This document shows, piece after piece, positions 1 through 9,912 of a DNA stretch of 64,000 nt (its first letter is position 1; each line of letters starts with the position of its first letter). The stretch is from Candidatus Poribacteria bacterium (GTDB lineage Bacteria; Poribacteria; WGA-4E; WGA-3G). The notes below the pieces were generated by a model that did no database searches, was not told where the DNA came from, and saw only the letters and a list, made by a program, of their open reading frames with translations. The translations under genes and the position numbers were made by a program. Where the stretch lies: NCBI GenBank assembly GCA_022825825.1, contig JAJDWA010000019.1, positions 40,046 through 104,045 of the forward strand, read 5' to 3'.

Positions 1-264
1 GAGGATGTCGCACATCGAATTGATGGTGCTTTTAAGATTCAAGAGGCAGGAAAACGTTATTTTTTTAAAGGTGATTTAATTACCGATGCTGTCCGCTTTT
101 GGGTAAAAAATCCTGATTACAACTACGGTTATCTTTTTGCTCTTCGCGATGGTAGTGTGCCTATCATTTTCACTTCAAAAGAGAGTGCAGATGAAAATTT
201 GCGTCCAGTGTTAACAATTCGTTACCAGACACAATCGGAAGCGGCAACCGTTCCACCTCGTTGA
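1..264 (+). CDS. C-terminal fragment of a DNRLRE-like accessory-domain protein (5' end outside window)
   Basis: Frame 1 is open from the window edge to TGA at 262-264. The translation ...ITDAVRFWVKNPDYNYGYLFALRDGSVPIIFTSKESADENLRPVLTIRY resembles the C-terminal signature of DNRLRE-type domains. It is absent from the ORF track because it has no start codon in the window. Confidence 0.5.
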   Translation, partial: EDVAHRIDGAFKIQEAGKRYFFKGDLITDAVRFWVKNPDYNYGYLFALRDGSVPIIFTSKESADENLRPVLTIRYQTQSEAATVPPR

Positions 265-311
265 AAATGTTGAGGATCATGTTCCTGATAAGTTAAGCTG
301 CTCATAACATT

Positions 312-1598
312 TTACACATATTCCCGTAAATATGCCAAAGTCCGTTCCACCGCGCCAAGGTTTTCCTCAATTAATTGTTTTCCAATATTTCCAACCTTTG
401 TTTGTTTTTCTTCGTCATGTAGCCATTCTATGAGTATATCTGCCATTTGCCGTGGGGTATGTGCTATTTTCGCCGCGCCTCTCTCCAGCAACAAAGATGC
501 TTCATAAGAATTCTGGATAGTGGGGCCAAACAATACCGGTTTCGCCATTGCTGCAGGTTCCATCACATTGTGAACGCTACCGTGAAAACTCCCCCCAACA
601 AATGCAATATCTGCTAACTGATACAACTTTGCTAAAAGCCCTACTGCATCAATGATAAGAATATCTATCTCTTCCAAATTTGCTTCGCTATTAAGTTCTG
701 AGAAACAACGATGTGTCAATTTTCGCTTATTCAATTCTGCTTGAATTTCTGTTATTCGCTTAGGTGTCGGTTCGTGTGGGACTAAAACTAAGTGTGGAAA
801 ACACTCAGGTATATCTTCACGAAGCGTCTGGTACGCCTCCAATAGGACCTTCTCATCATCTGCATAAGTGCTACCAGCAATGAGGATAGGGCGGTTTAAA
901 GTCGTTTGTCCGGGGAAAAATTCAGCGTTAGGTTCAACCGCAAGTGCTCGCTTGTCCACCTGTTCATAGCGGGTATCGCCAGTGACAACAACCTGATGTT
1001 CTGAACGGCAGAGTTGTTGAAATCGAGCGGCATCCGCTTCCGAAATCACACAATGTAACGTAATACATCGATGCACACTTCTGAAAAAGGACCTTGCGAA
1101 TCCACCAAGACGTTTCGAGCCAGCATGCAGTGTTCCAGCAATAACAGTGATAGGAATATCTTGTTTAGATGCTTTCCAAACGAGGTTGGGCCAAATATCA
1201 TATCTCGAAAAAATCAGACACGTAGGTTTAATAAGGTGTATTAAACGTTCTACGTTGCGAGGTGTGTCAAAGGGAAGAAAAACGGCTGCGTCAACGTACT
1301 GATAGGATGCAACATTCGGCGCAACCGAAGGAGAGAAGAAAGTTAAAACAATTCGGACATCTGCATAAATTGCTTCAATCAGCGGTTTTACTTGCTCAAA
1401 TTCGCCGACAGAAGTAAAATGAAACCATGCTGTTTTCTTTAAATTTCGCGCGTTACGGAGTTGGTCAGTCAACCTATCAAATATTTGTCTCCGTCCGATG
1501 ATACCTTCCCGAATTTTGCGATTGCAACACCCCGCAAGGTAAAAACTAATGAATATAATAGGTAGTGCAAACGCGTTGTAGACAAATTGCCAAAACAT
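312..1598 (-). CDS. waaA: 3-deoxy-D-manno-octulosonic acid (Kdo) transferase
   Basis: The FHFTSVGEFEQVKPLIEAI motif (the classical xxSVGE of KdtA/WaaA) follows an N-terminal hydrophobic helix, and the length is typical. The track ORF extends to 1697, but the ATG at 1598 (MFWQFVYNAF...) places the TM helix at the N-terminus as in WaaA. Confidence 0.8.
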   Translation of the reverse strand: MFWQFVYNAFALPIIFISFYLAGCCNRKIREGIIGRRQIFDRLTDQLRNARNLKKTAWFHFTSVGEFEQVKPLIEAIYADVRIVLTFFSPSVAPNVASYQYVDAAVFLPFDTPRNVERLIHLIKPTCLIFSRYDIWPNLVWKASKQDIPITVIAGTLHAGSKRLGGFARSFFRSVHRCITLHCVISEADAARFQQLCRSEHQVVVTGDTRYEQVDKRALAVEPNAEFFPGQTTLNRPILIAGSTYADDEKVLLEAYQTLREDIPECFPHLVLVPHEPTPKRITEIQAELNKRKLTHRCFSELNSEANLEEIDILIIDAVGLLAKLYQLADIAFVGGSFHGSVHNVMEPAAMAKPVLFGPTIQNSYEASLLLERGAAKIAHTPRQMADILIEWLHDEEKQTKVGNIGKQLIEENLGAVERTLAYLREYV

Positions 1599-1709
1599 GA
1601 TGCTCTGATACGAGAAGTAGACTGCAGGTTTCTGACGCAACGAAATCCGTAGAAGCCTGCCGAAGCGGCACATGCTCCGGCTTAGTCGCTTCCACATAGA
1701 GGAGATAAA

Positions 1710-2036
1710 TTAAAGCGCATCTAAAATTTTCTTCTTGAGCGCCTCTTTGGGCATCGCGCCGACAATCTGATCCGCCACCTCTCCATCTTTGAAAACAAGT
1801 AGTGTCGGAATACTTCGCACACTATATTTCATTGCTGTTTGACGGTTGTCATCCACGTTGACTTTCCCAACTTTAAAAGTGTCCGCGTTTTCAGCGGCAA
1901 GTTCCTCCAAAATCGGAGCAATCATTTTGCACGGACCGCACCACTCTGCCCAAAAGTCAACAACGACAGGTGTATCAGATGTAAGCACCATCCCTTCAAA
2001 CGTATCGTCGGTAATTTCAAAAGTATTTTCAGCCAT
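1710..2036 (-). CDS. trxA: thioredoxin
   Basis: 108 aa with a WCGPC active site (FWAEWCGPCKMIAPIL) and a typical thioredoxin fold sequence. Confidence 0.95.
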   Translation of the reverse strand: MAENTFEITDDTFEGMVLTSDTPVVVDFWAEWCGPCKMIAPILEELAAENADTFKVGKVNVDDNRQTAMKYSVRSIPTLLVFKDGEVADQIVGAMPKEALKKKILDAL

Positions 2037-2390
2037 CGTAACTCCTTTACTTGAATAATTGAAAATAATTATATCTGTTTGCCATCACGGTTGTGAAATA
2101 TTGTGATGATTTTCAAGATGTTATTGAGACATCCACTGCATTTTGATTTGGTAAGGTCGATAAACAAACTTTCTTTTAGACGAATCAATATGTTAAATAT
2201 GTTACCCTATTTCGAAATTAATTTCCACTCAATTATTTACAATTTTCACTTGATAAAAAAAGTGAAACGTGATATATTCTACTAAAAATTGAAGAATATA
2301 GACTTTTCATCTGCGTTGAGTCAAAGAGTATAGGCTTTATATATTTGTTTACTTTGTTATTTAGATACATACCAGCAAAGGAGGGAAAGC

Positions 2391-3032
2391 ATGTCAGATA
2401 AAGAGAAAGAGAAAAAACAGGGCACGAATATTTCGCGACGGAGTTTTTTGAAGGGCGTAGGCACTGGAACCGTTGCTGCAACCGTTGCGCCAGCAATCTT
2501 AGTCGGTGATTCGGAAACCGCAGAGGCGCAAACCGATGGAGCAGCCTCCACAGCGAAAATTCAGTTGAACATCAATGAGAAACTATATGAGATTGAAGTT
2601 GAAGCACGCACTACACTGTTGACAGTCTTGCGCGATGGAATTGATACAGGTGGAAACAGTGTTGATTTGACTGGTGCTAAGCTTATCTGTGACAGAGGCG
2701 AGTGCGGTGGATGTACTGTTCTGGCTGATGGAAAAGCGGTATACGCGTGTATGATGCTTGCAATGGATGCGCAAAGCAAACAGATTACGACCGTAGAAGG
2801 CATTGCAAACGGTGATGACCTGCATCCGGTGCAAGAGGCATTTATCCAGCACGACGCAATGATGTGTGGGTTCTGTACTCCCGGTTTCATTGTCTCATCA
2901 GTGGCACTCTTGAACGAAAACCAAAAACCTACGATCGCAGAGATTAAGGATAGCTTATCGGGCAATACTTGTCGTTGCGGCACCTATCCGTTCATATTCG
3001 ACGCAGTCGAAACCGCTTCAGAGAAGATGTAG
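2391..3032 (+). CDS. molybdenum hydroxylase (xanthine dehydrogenase/aldehyde oxidoreductase family) 2Fe-2S subunit, Tat-exported
   Basis: The N-terminus has a twin-arginine signal (SRRSFLKGVGTG). Two [2Fe-2S] Cys clusters are present (CDRGECGGC and CGFCTPG...CRCGTY). RBS aaggaggg lies upstream. Confidence 0.9.
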   Translation: MSDKEKEKKQGTNISRRSFLKGVGTGTVAATVAPAILVGDSETAEAQTDGAASTAKIQLNINEKLYEIEVEARTTLLTVLRDGIDTGGNSVDLTGAKLICDRGECGGCTVLADGKAVYACMMLAMDAQSKQITTVEGIANGDDLHPVQEAFIQHDAMMCGFCTPGFIVSSVALLNENQKPTIAEIKDSLSGNTCRCGTYPFIFDAVETASEKM

Positions 3033-3102
3033 TTTCGACTAAGTAACCCTTCATAGGGTTTGTAGTCTGTGAACGTGTTATGTATTGAAAAGGAGAAAAC
3101 AG

Positions 3103-5223
3103 ATGGCATCATGGGGAGAAGCGAGCCAGTCTCGGCTTATTGGCAAGCGGATTGCCCGTTTGTCCGGTAAGGAAAAAGTTACAGGAAAAGCAAAGTATAC
3201 CTTTGACATCAATAGACCCGGAATGCTCTACGGACGTATTCTACGATCTGAAGTTGCGCATGCAAACGTGACGGATCTTGATCTAACCCGAGCTGAAGAA
3301 TTGCCCGGTGTCAAAGCGATTATTCCATTAATTGAAGTCGGTAGGAAAATCCGCTATCAAGGACAAGAGATCGCCGCGGTTGCCGCAGAAACTGACGATA
3401 TTGCTAAAGACGCATTACGGTTGATTTATGTTGAATTAGAAGAATTACCTTTCGTCGTTACGGAAGCGGATGCGATGGCAGAAGGCGCACCGCAAATTCG
3501 GGATGACTGGAAGGCAAACCAGAGTAACCCCGGCAAAAACGAAGATGGTGATGTGGAAGCGGGATTCGCTGAGGCTGCTGTTACAGTAGAAGCCACCTAT
3601 CATACACCGGTCCAAACGCATGTCTGTTTGGAGACGCACGGTAATGTTGTTGAGTGGACAGATGAACAGAACCTAACCGTTTGGGCATCTACACAAGCGG
3701 TTTTTGGAGTGCGTAATGACCTCGCAAGGAATCTCCAACTACCCGCGAACCAGGTTAGAGTCATCACTGAACACATGGGTGGTGGTTTTGGAAGCAAATT
3801 CAGCGCTGGTACAGAAGGTCTTGCTGCAGCGCGGTTGTCCCGTATGGCCGGAAGACCGGTCAAATTAATGTTGACCCGAAAAGCTGAACATCTCGTAGCA
3901 GGGAACAGACCCTCAATGACGCAGCATGTAAAGGCGGGGGCAACTCGTGACGGACGGCTTATCGCTTACGACATGCGTGGCTACGGTACGGGTGGTACCG
4001 GTGGTGGCGCCGGTTTCACTGGACCTTATGTTTACCATGTTCCGAATAGGCGAACTGAGCGTTTTAACGTTGCAGTTAATGCCGGTAGTCAACGTGCCAT
4101 GCGTGCACCAGGACACCCGCAAGGTGCTTTTGCAATGGATTCGTTGATAGATGAACTGGCAGAAAAACTGGGAATGAATCCGCTGGAATTCCGGCGTATT
4201 AATGACTCAAGTGAGGTGCGACAAGCACAATATACCCTCGGTGCACAGGAAATTGGATGGCATCGCCGCAACAGTGTCCCCGGTTCTGGAACGGGTGTTA
4301 AAAAGCGCGGTATGGGTGTCGGTAGCGGTCAATGGGGTGGCGGCGGCGGTAGAGGCACGCAAGCGCGTATTACTATCAATCCTGACGGCACCGTTGAAGC
4401 GGTTACTGGTACACAAGACATAGGCACCGGCATTCGGACAGCCATCGCTATTATCGTCGCAGAAGAGTTGGGACTTTCACCCACCGATATTTCAGTAAAA
4501 ATTGGTGATAGCGGGCCCGGACTGCCTTCTGGCGGTAGTGGTGGCAGCCAAACGACTGCATCTGTTGCACCGGTTATTAAAACCGCAGCGGCAGCAGCGA
4601 AACAGAAGTTGTTTGAACACGTTGCGCCTTTACTGCAGGCGCCAGTGGATGATCTACGTGTCGGAGCCGGCACTATCTATGTCGCTTCTGACAGGACAAA
4701 GACGGTTACGTGGCGTCAGGCTACAGGTCTACTCGGAGTGGAAAGCATTAGCGAAGGCGGAAATTGGAATCCAGAACTCCGACAAGGCGGTGTCGCAGGT
4801 ACTCAGTTTGCTGAAGTTGAAGTTGATACCCAAACAGGTCACGTTGAAGTGCTTAAAATCGTCGCTGTCCAAGATTGCGGATTAGCCATTAACCGATTAA
4901 CAACGGAAAGTCAGATCAATGGCGGCGTCATCATGGGATTAGGGCAGACGCTCCTTGAAGAACGTATCATGGACCCACAAACAGGACGGATGCTCAACGC
5001 TAACCTTGAGGATTACAAAGTGCCTGGCACTTTTGAGATACCTGAAATCAAGTCAATCGTTTTTGATACGCACCGCAAGGTTACAGGTGTCGGTGAACCG
5101 CCGTGTATTCCGACACTCGGTGCAATTGCCAATGCCGTTTACAATGCGATTGGTGTCCGAATTCGGGAACTGCCGATAACACCGGATAAAGTCCTCACCG
5201 CACTTGCTGAGAAGAAGGCATAA
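3103..5223 (+). CDS. molybdenum hydroxylase large (molybdopterin-binding) subunit
   Basis: About 700 aa with aldehyde oxidase/xanthine dehydrogenase a/b-hammerhead and Moco-binding motifs (GGGFGSK, QRAMRAPG, GEPP near the C-terminus). ATG at 3103 has RBS aaaggag 8 nt upstream; the track start at 3085 is TTG. Confidence 0.9.
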   Translation: MASWGEASQSRLIGKRIARLSGKEKVTGKAKYTFDINRPGMLYGRILRSEVAHANVTDLDLTRAEELPGVKAIIPLIEVGRKIRYQGQEIAAVAAETDDIAKDALRLIYVELEELPFVVTEADAMAEGAPQIRDDWKANQSNPGKNEDGDVEAGFAEAAVTVEATYHTPVQTHVCLETHGNVVEWTDEQNLTVWASTQAVFGVRNDLARNLQLPANQVRVITEHMGGGFGSKFSAGTEGLAAARLSRMAGRPVKLMLTRKAEHLVAGNRPSMTQHVKAGATRDGRLIAYDMRGYGTGGTGGGAGFTGPYVYHVPNRRTERFNVAVNAGSQRAMRAPGHPQGAFAMDSLIDELAEKLGMNPLEFRRINDSSEVRQAQYTLGAQEIGWHRRNSVPGSGTGVKKRGMGVGSGQWGGGGGRGTQARITINPDGTVEAVTGTQDIGTGIRTAIAIIVAEELGLSPTDISVKIGDSGPGLPSGGSGGSQTTASVAPVIKTAAAAAKQKLFEHVAPLLQAPVDDLRVGAGTIYVASDRTKTVTWRQATGLLGVESISEGGNWNPELRQGGVAGTQFAEVEVDTQTGHVEVLKIVAVQDCGLAINRLTTESQINGGVIMGLGQTLLEERIMDPQTGRMLNANLEDYKVPGTFEIPEIKSIVFDTHRKVTGVGEPPCIPTLGAIANAVYNAIGVRIRELPITPDKVLTALAEKKA

Positions 5224-5234
5224 GGAGGTCCACA

Positions 5235-6215
5235 ATGGATAAATTTAGTTACGTTAATGCGAGCAGTCTTAAACAGGTTACCTCACTATTGAGTGACAGC
5301 GGATGGGGTGAAGTAATGATGATAGCAGGTGGAACTGACCTGCTCAGTGAACTCAAAGAGTACATTGAAACCCCCAAAACGTTGATTAATCTCAAAACGT
5401 TGCCTGGAATGGATAGTATATCTGCGAATGCATCCGGCTTAAAAATCGGTGCATTAGCCACTGTCGCCGATATTGCGAAGCACCGGACGATTCAGCAACA
5501 CTATACCGTGCTTGCACAAGCAGCGGCATCCGTAGCGACACCACAGATTCGGAATGTGGGCACACTTGGCGGTAATCTCTGCCAACGTCCTCGGTGCTGG
5601 TATTACCGAGATGAAACTGTCAACTGTCTAAAGAAAGGTGGAGACATCTGTTATGCCGTTGATGGTTTAAGCAAATATCATGCTATCCTTGGCGGGGATC
5701 CGGTCTACATTGTACACCCCTCCGACATTGCGCCAGCATTGATCGCTCTCAACGCATCTCTTAAAATTGCCGGTCCAGAAGGTGAAAAAACATTGAAGGT
5801 TGAGGAATTTTTTACCTTGCCAGCGGCAAATCCGTTTCGGGAGAATGTGCTTCAACCGAATGAAATCGTTGTTGAAGTTCAGGTGCCACAGCCTAAACCG
5901 AATACAAAGAGTTTTTATTTGAAAGCTCGAGAAAAAGGCGCCCCCGACTTTGCATTGGCGAGCGTTGCGGGTGTCTTTGAGATGATGGGAAAGACATGTC
6001 AAACAGCCAACGTCGTTCTCGGTGGTGTAGCGCCAGCACCATGGCGTTCCGCAGAAGCTGAAACTACTCTTACAGGTAAGATGATCAATGAATCGGTCAG
6101 CCTGAAAGCAGGCGCTGAAGCAGTGAAGGATGCACAACCCTTAAACGATAATGCATACAAAGTGACCTTAACCCAAAACCTCATCAGTCGCACTGCAATG
6201 ATGGCAGTAAGTTAG
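5235..6215 (+). CDS. molybdenum hydroxylase FAD-binding subunit (CoxM/PaoB-like)
   Basis: FAD-binding PCMH-type motifs (IAGGTDL, GTLGGNL). The gene follows the large subunit by 11 nt and has RBS aaggagg. Confidence 0.85.
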   Translation: MDKFSYVNASSLKQVTSLLSDSGWGEVMMIAGGTDLLSELKEYIETPKTLINLKTLPGMDSISANASGLKIGALATVADIAKHRTIQQHYTVLAQAAASVATPQIRNVGTLGGNLCQRPRCWYYRDETVNCLKKGGDICYAVDGLSKYHAILGGDPVYIVHPSDIAPALIALNASLKIAGPEGEKTLKVEEFFTLPAANPFRENVLQPNEIVVEVQVPQPKPNTKSFYLKAREKGAPDFALASVAGVFEMMGKTCQTANVVLGGVAPAPWRSAEAETTLTGKMINESVSLKAGAEAVKDAQPLNDNAYKVTLTQNLISRTAMMAVS

Positions 6216-6227
6216 AGGAGGAAGAAT

Positions 6228-6467
6228 ATGTTAGAGGGAAAAACGCTTCCAATTTTTAATCGTCCGATATGCCAAGACCTTCGGACGAAGGCAATCTACA
6301 TTCCTGGTGGCAACTTGCAAAACCTTGTTGAAGAAAATCCGGGAACACACTATTGGTGCAATTGCACGATGCAGGTGGTCGGTCCTGACGACCAATTTGT
6401 ATCTCCTAACGCCTGCAAGCAATCGCGTTCATGTTTCAGTCCAGTCGGTGGAAAGCCAGCAGTGTAA
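6228..6467 (+). CDS. hypothetical small Cys-containing protein, co-oriented behind the Mo-enzyme genes
   Basis: 79-aa ORF with a strong RBS (gaggagg 5-7 nt upstream), starting 12 nt after the FAD subunit. It has five Cys residues. I recognise no family. Confidence 0.45.
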   Translation: MLEGKTLPIFNRPICQDLRTKAIYIPGGNLQNLVEENPGTHYWCNCTMQVVGPDDQFVSPNACKQSRSCFSPVGGKPAV

Positions 6468-6500
6468 TCCACAAATATAGTTTTTGGTTATCAGTTATCA

Positions 6501-7019
6501 GTGTTCGGGAAATATATCTCTCTGATAGCTGATAACATTCTGCCTTTCTTTAGAATCTTGATAATATTCCTCAAACCTTTGGTCCAATGGGTGCATGTCG
6601 GTTCTGTCGTCTTACTAATAGGCGGTTTTTTCTTTTTCCGTGTTGTTCTCATTCCAATTGCCAACCGTCGCCCCGATCCAAATATCTTAATTTCATCGGC
6701 ACTCAGACGCTTCAGTGGAGTAGTCTGGCCTGCCTTGTTGACTGTACTTATATCAGGATTATATAATGTTATTACCTTCTTTAGAACTGCCCGTATGTCT
6801 GCTGCAGAATCTGTTGATGTAGATTACTCACTTTACATACTCGTATTAGGTATCAAATTCTTTATCGTTTTTCTGATATATACCCTTGCAATTTTTTTAA
6901 CGTTCCCGTATCCTGTTTTTGAGGCATTTCAGAAAAGACCTGCACCGTGGTTGAACATCGTCATTATTTTGGGCCTGATAATTATATTTCTATCAGCGTT
7001 TTTACGCCGCATGGCTTAA
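6501..7019 (+). CDS. hypothetical integral membrane protein (about 4 TM helices)
   Basis: 172 aa, GTG start, very hydrophobic with four long apolar stretches. It lies in the same orientation behind the Mo-enzyme genes. Confidence 0.55.
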   Translation: MFGKYISLIADNILPFFRILIIFLKPLVQWVHVGSVVLLIGGFFFFRVVLIPIANRRPDPNILISSALRRFSGVVWPALLTVLISGLYNVITFFRTARMSAAESVDVDYSLYILVLGIKFFIVFLIYTLAIFLTFPYPVFEAFQKRPAPWLNIVIILGLIIIFLSAFLRRMA

Positions 7020-7083
7020 TAGAATTGATTTTTTCACAACTATAAGCATTATAGTGAAACCAAAAATATGTTCACACTCCTTA

Positions 7084-7144
7084 GGTAGGTGCGGTTTCTA
7101 ACCGCACGATGGAGACAAGTTCGGTTAGGAAACCGAATCTACCG
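7084..7144. repeat. REP/BIME-like inverted pair (family 1)
   Basis: ggtaggTGCGGTTtctAACCGCAc at 7084-7107, plus an inverted copy ttcggttaggaaaccgaatctacc at 7120-7144. Each unit is a GTAG-headed short hairpin. Confidence 0.75.
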
Positions 7145-7190
7145 TCATGTCCAAGTAATTTATGGTTTCCACTATGAAAGGAGCAGACAA

Positions 7191-8006
7191 ATGGCAATAT
7201 TAAGTAAAGAGGACTTAGCGTTTTGGGAAGAAAAAGGTTATGTCGTTATTCCTGATGCTGCACCGGCAGCGTTAATCCAGGATGCAGCAAAGGCAGTTTG
7301 GGATTTCCTTGAGATGGATGCGGATTCTCCAGAGAGTTGGTATCCCGACCCACTTCGTGGGATTATGGTAGAAATCTATCAACATCCGGCTTTATGGGCA
7401 ACCCGTCAGTTCCCGCGTGTGTATCAGGCTTTCGCAGAAATATGGGGAACAGAGAAACTGTGGGTCAGTTTTGACCGTGCCAGCATGAGTCCGCCCAATG
7501 TCCCCGGCAAATATGAACGGACAAGCGTTGGACTTCATTGGGATATGTCCATAGACCTCCCTATCCGCTTCCATGTGCAAGGTGTGCTTTACCTGACAGA
7601 TACCGCTGCGAACCAAGGTGCATTCACTTGTGTGCCTGGATTCCACAACAAAATTGAGGAGTGGATAAAGAGTCTTCCAGAAGATGCTGATCCACGCCAA
7701 CAGAATTTAGAGGCGTTAGGCATGATTCCTGTCCCAGCGAAAGCAGGGGATCTGATAATTTGGCATAGTGCTTTGCCACATAGTGCGGGTATCAATACTG
7801 CTGACATGCCGCGCGTTGCGCAATATATCACTATGACACCAACAGGTGAAGCAAATCAAGAGGCACGAGAACGCCGTATAAACGGGTGGAAAAATCGGAT
7901 GGCAGGTTTTGGTGGCGAACGTGCCGAGAAAGAGCATCAATCGGGTCAAACCGCTGAATTAACCGAACTTGGAAAAAAATTGCTGGGACTTGAAATGTGG
8001 GGATAA
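7191..8006 (+). CDS. phytanoyl-CoA dioxygenase (PhyH) family Fe(II)/2-oxoglutarate oxygenase
   Basis: The EEKGYVVIPDA N-terminus, HWD facial-triad motif and distal H (WHSALPHSAG) are present. ATG at 7191 has RBS aaaggag. The longer track ORF from 7089 runs through the REP pair and is unlikely to be real. Confidence 0.8.
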   Translation: MAILSKEDLAFWEEKGYVVIPDAAPAALIQDAAKAVWDFLEMDADSPESWYPDPLRGIMVEIYQHPALWATRQFPRVYQAFAEIWGTEKLWVSFDRASMSPPNVPGKYERTSVGLHWDMSIDLPIRFHVQGVLYLTDTAANQGAFTCVPGFHNKIEEWIKSLPEDADPRQQNLEALGMIPVPAKAGDLIIWHSALPHSAGINTADMPRVAQYITMTPTGEANQEARERRINGWKNRMAGFGGERAEKEHQSGQTAELTELGKKLLGLEMWG

Positions 8007-8070
8007 ACAGTGTGAACCCATAACTGTCAATTTAAGAAAAAACCGCGTCACACTTGACACCACACAAACT

Positions 8071-8095
8071 GGTAAGTGCGGTTTCCTAACCGCAC
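8071..8095. repeat. REP-like unit (family 1)
   Basis: ggtaagTGCGGTTtcctAACCGCAc, followed by gtttgtaaggtttgtaggttag. It lies between convergent genes. Confidence 0.7.
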
Positions 8096-8152
8096 CGAGT
8101 TTGTAAGGTTTGTAGGTTAGATAGAACGAACAGAAAAAGGCGGTTCGGATAC

Positions 8153-9157
8153 TCAAAAATATCTTCTCCCAAGAACTGGATACGCGGGGTCATTATACCC
8201 TTTACCAGTATGTTCCCCCGGCGGCACTAACGCGTTAATTGCCGTTTCGTCATCTTCTGTGATGGTACAATCTAAACAACCCAGGTTATCCTCTAACTGT
8301 TCCATTGTACGCGGTCCGATGATGACAGACGTAACGGTAGGATTGGCTAACACCCATGCTAATGCAAATTGTGTTAGTGTCTTACCGTGTGCGTCTGCTA
8401 AAGGTGTCAACTTTTGTGCCACTTCAAAACTCTCTTCGCGAAGTTCAGTCTGTAATATCCGTCTATCCTGACGCGCTGCCCTTGACCCTTTAGGAGGCTT
8501 TTTCCCGGGCAAATATTTACCTGACAACACCCCACGTGCCAATGGACTATAAGGCACTACACCGACACCGTACTTCTGGCAAAACGGAAGTAGTTCTACC
8601 TCAATATCACGATTAACAATGTTATAAAGTGGTTGAACACAAACAAATTCCTCTAATCCCTGTTCTTTACTTGTCCAGAGTGCTTCACAAACGCGCCACG
8701 CCTCAAAGTTGGAACAAGCAATGTAACGGACTTTTCCTTGCCGCACACAATCGTCAAGTGCCCGTAAAGACTCCGCAATTCGCGTAGATGCGTCCCAACG
8801 ATGTAGATAATAAACATCAATATGGTCGGTGCCAAGACGTTCAAGACTCGCTTCAACCGCAGACATGATATGAAATCGATGAGAACCACTCTGATTAACA
8901 TCATCTCCCATTGACCCGTGAACTTTCGTGGCAATGACCCATTTTTCTCGATTTTCCTTAACTGCTTTCCCGATGACTCGTTCAGATTCACCTCCGTTAT
9001 AGACGTTTGCAGTATCAAGGAAGTTGATCCCCGCATCCATTGCACTGTGGATAATACGGATAGAATCCTTTTCATTTGTTGGCCCACCAAACATCATCGT
9101 GCCAAGGCAGAGTGATGATACTTTAACACCTGCCTGTCCAAGTGTCTTATATTCCAT
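8153..9157 (-). CDS. aldo/keto reductase
   Basis: Motifs LGTMMFGG, FLDTANVYNGGESE and the YYLHRWD region are typical of AKR11/12-type reductases. ATG at 9157 (MEYKTLG). Confidence 0.9.
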   Translation of the reverse strand: MEYKTLGQAGVKVSSLCLGTMMFGGPTNEKDSIRIIHSAMDAGINFLDTANVYNGGESERVIGKAVKENREKWVIATKVHGSMGDDVNQSGSHRFHIMSAVEASLERLGTDHIDVYYLHRWDASTRIAESLRALDDCVRQGKVRYIACSNFEAWRVCEALWTSKEQGLEEFVCVQPLYNIVNRDIEVELLPFCQKYGVGVVPYSPLARGVLSGKYLPGKKPPKGSRAARQDRRILQTELREESFEVAQKLTPLADAHGKTLTQFALAWVLANPTVTSVIIGPRTMEQLEDNLGCLDCTITEDDETAINALVPPGEHTGKGYNDPAYPVLGRRYF

Positions 9158-9180
9158 ACTCGATTTCCTTTTCAAATTTG

Positions 9181-9912
9181 TTATGCCATTCGGATGCCGC
9201 CATTAACATCAAGTGTGGCACCGGTGATGTACTGCCCTTCTTCCGAAGCAAGGAAAAGGATAACATTCGCAACCTCTGAAGGATCTGCGACGCGTCCAAG
9301 TGGAATTTGGTCTGTCATATCCGGATGGTTTTTTGCCATCTCTGTTGCTGCGATCCCTGGTGCAATAGAGTTGACCGTAATGCCGTACTCTCCTAAAACC
9401 CTCGCAAACGATTTTGTCAGACACATCACACCTGCTTTTGAAGCGGAATAAGGGGCAGATGCTACCAAACCTCCGACCTGTCCTGCTAACGAACCGAGAT
9501 TGATGATGCGCCCAAACTTTTGTGATTTCATCGTGTCCATTACAGCTTGTGAACAGAGAAAAGGCCCTTTGAGGTTCACAGCCATCATCCTATCCCATTC
9601 AGCTTCGGTGCATGCGTCTATCCGGGTATAACTGAAAATACCAGCGTTGTTTACTAAAATATCAATTCGCCCAAACGCTTTAAGCGTCTTGTTTACCATC
9701 GCATTTACAGACTCACCATCGGCAACATCTGTTTCAATTACTACGCATTGCCTATTAAGTTCGGTTATCTCTTTTGATACCGCCTCAGCATTCGCCATAT
9801 TTATTTCAGGGATAACGATATTCGCTCCTTCTCGTGCAAACGCGAGACAAGTCGCTTTCCCGATGCCTCCGCCACCCCCTGTTACAATCGCAACGCGTCC
9901 TTTCAACCGCAT
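9181..9912 (-). CDS. SDR family oxidoreductase (FabG-like)
   Basis: TGGGGGIG cofactor motif, NNAG, and the YSASK catalytic motif. 23 nt upstream of the AKR gene, so probably one operon. Confidence 0.9.
   Translation of the reverse strand: MRLKGRVAIVTGGGGGIGKATCLAFAREGANIVIPEINMANAEAVSKEITELNRQCVVIETDVADGESVNAMVNKTLKAFGRIDILVNNAGIFSYTRIDACTEAEWDRMMAVNLKGPFLCSQAVMDTMKSQKFGRIINLGSLAGQVGGLVASAPYSASKAGVMCLTKSFARVLGEYGITVNSIAPGIAATEMAKNHPDMTDQIPLGRVADPSEVANVILFLASEEGQYITGATLDVNGGIRMA

Noticed and set aside
2060-2390. Possible Moco riboswitch upstream of the molybdenum hydroxylase operon
   Set aside because: The region is AT-rich, and I could not find the conserved Moco-RNA core helices or motifs. 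It is most likely just a divergent promoter region.
7089-7190. 5' extension of the PhyH ORF (track start 7089, GTG)
   Set aside because: The extension is translated straight through the REP/BIME pair (7084-7144). The internal ATG at 7191 has a good RBS and gives the normal family N-terminus.
7959-8156. 65-aa minus-strand ORF between the PhyH and AKR genes
   Set aside because: It reads through the REP unit at 8071-8095 (GAVRKPHLP) and overlaps the 3' ends of both neighbours.
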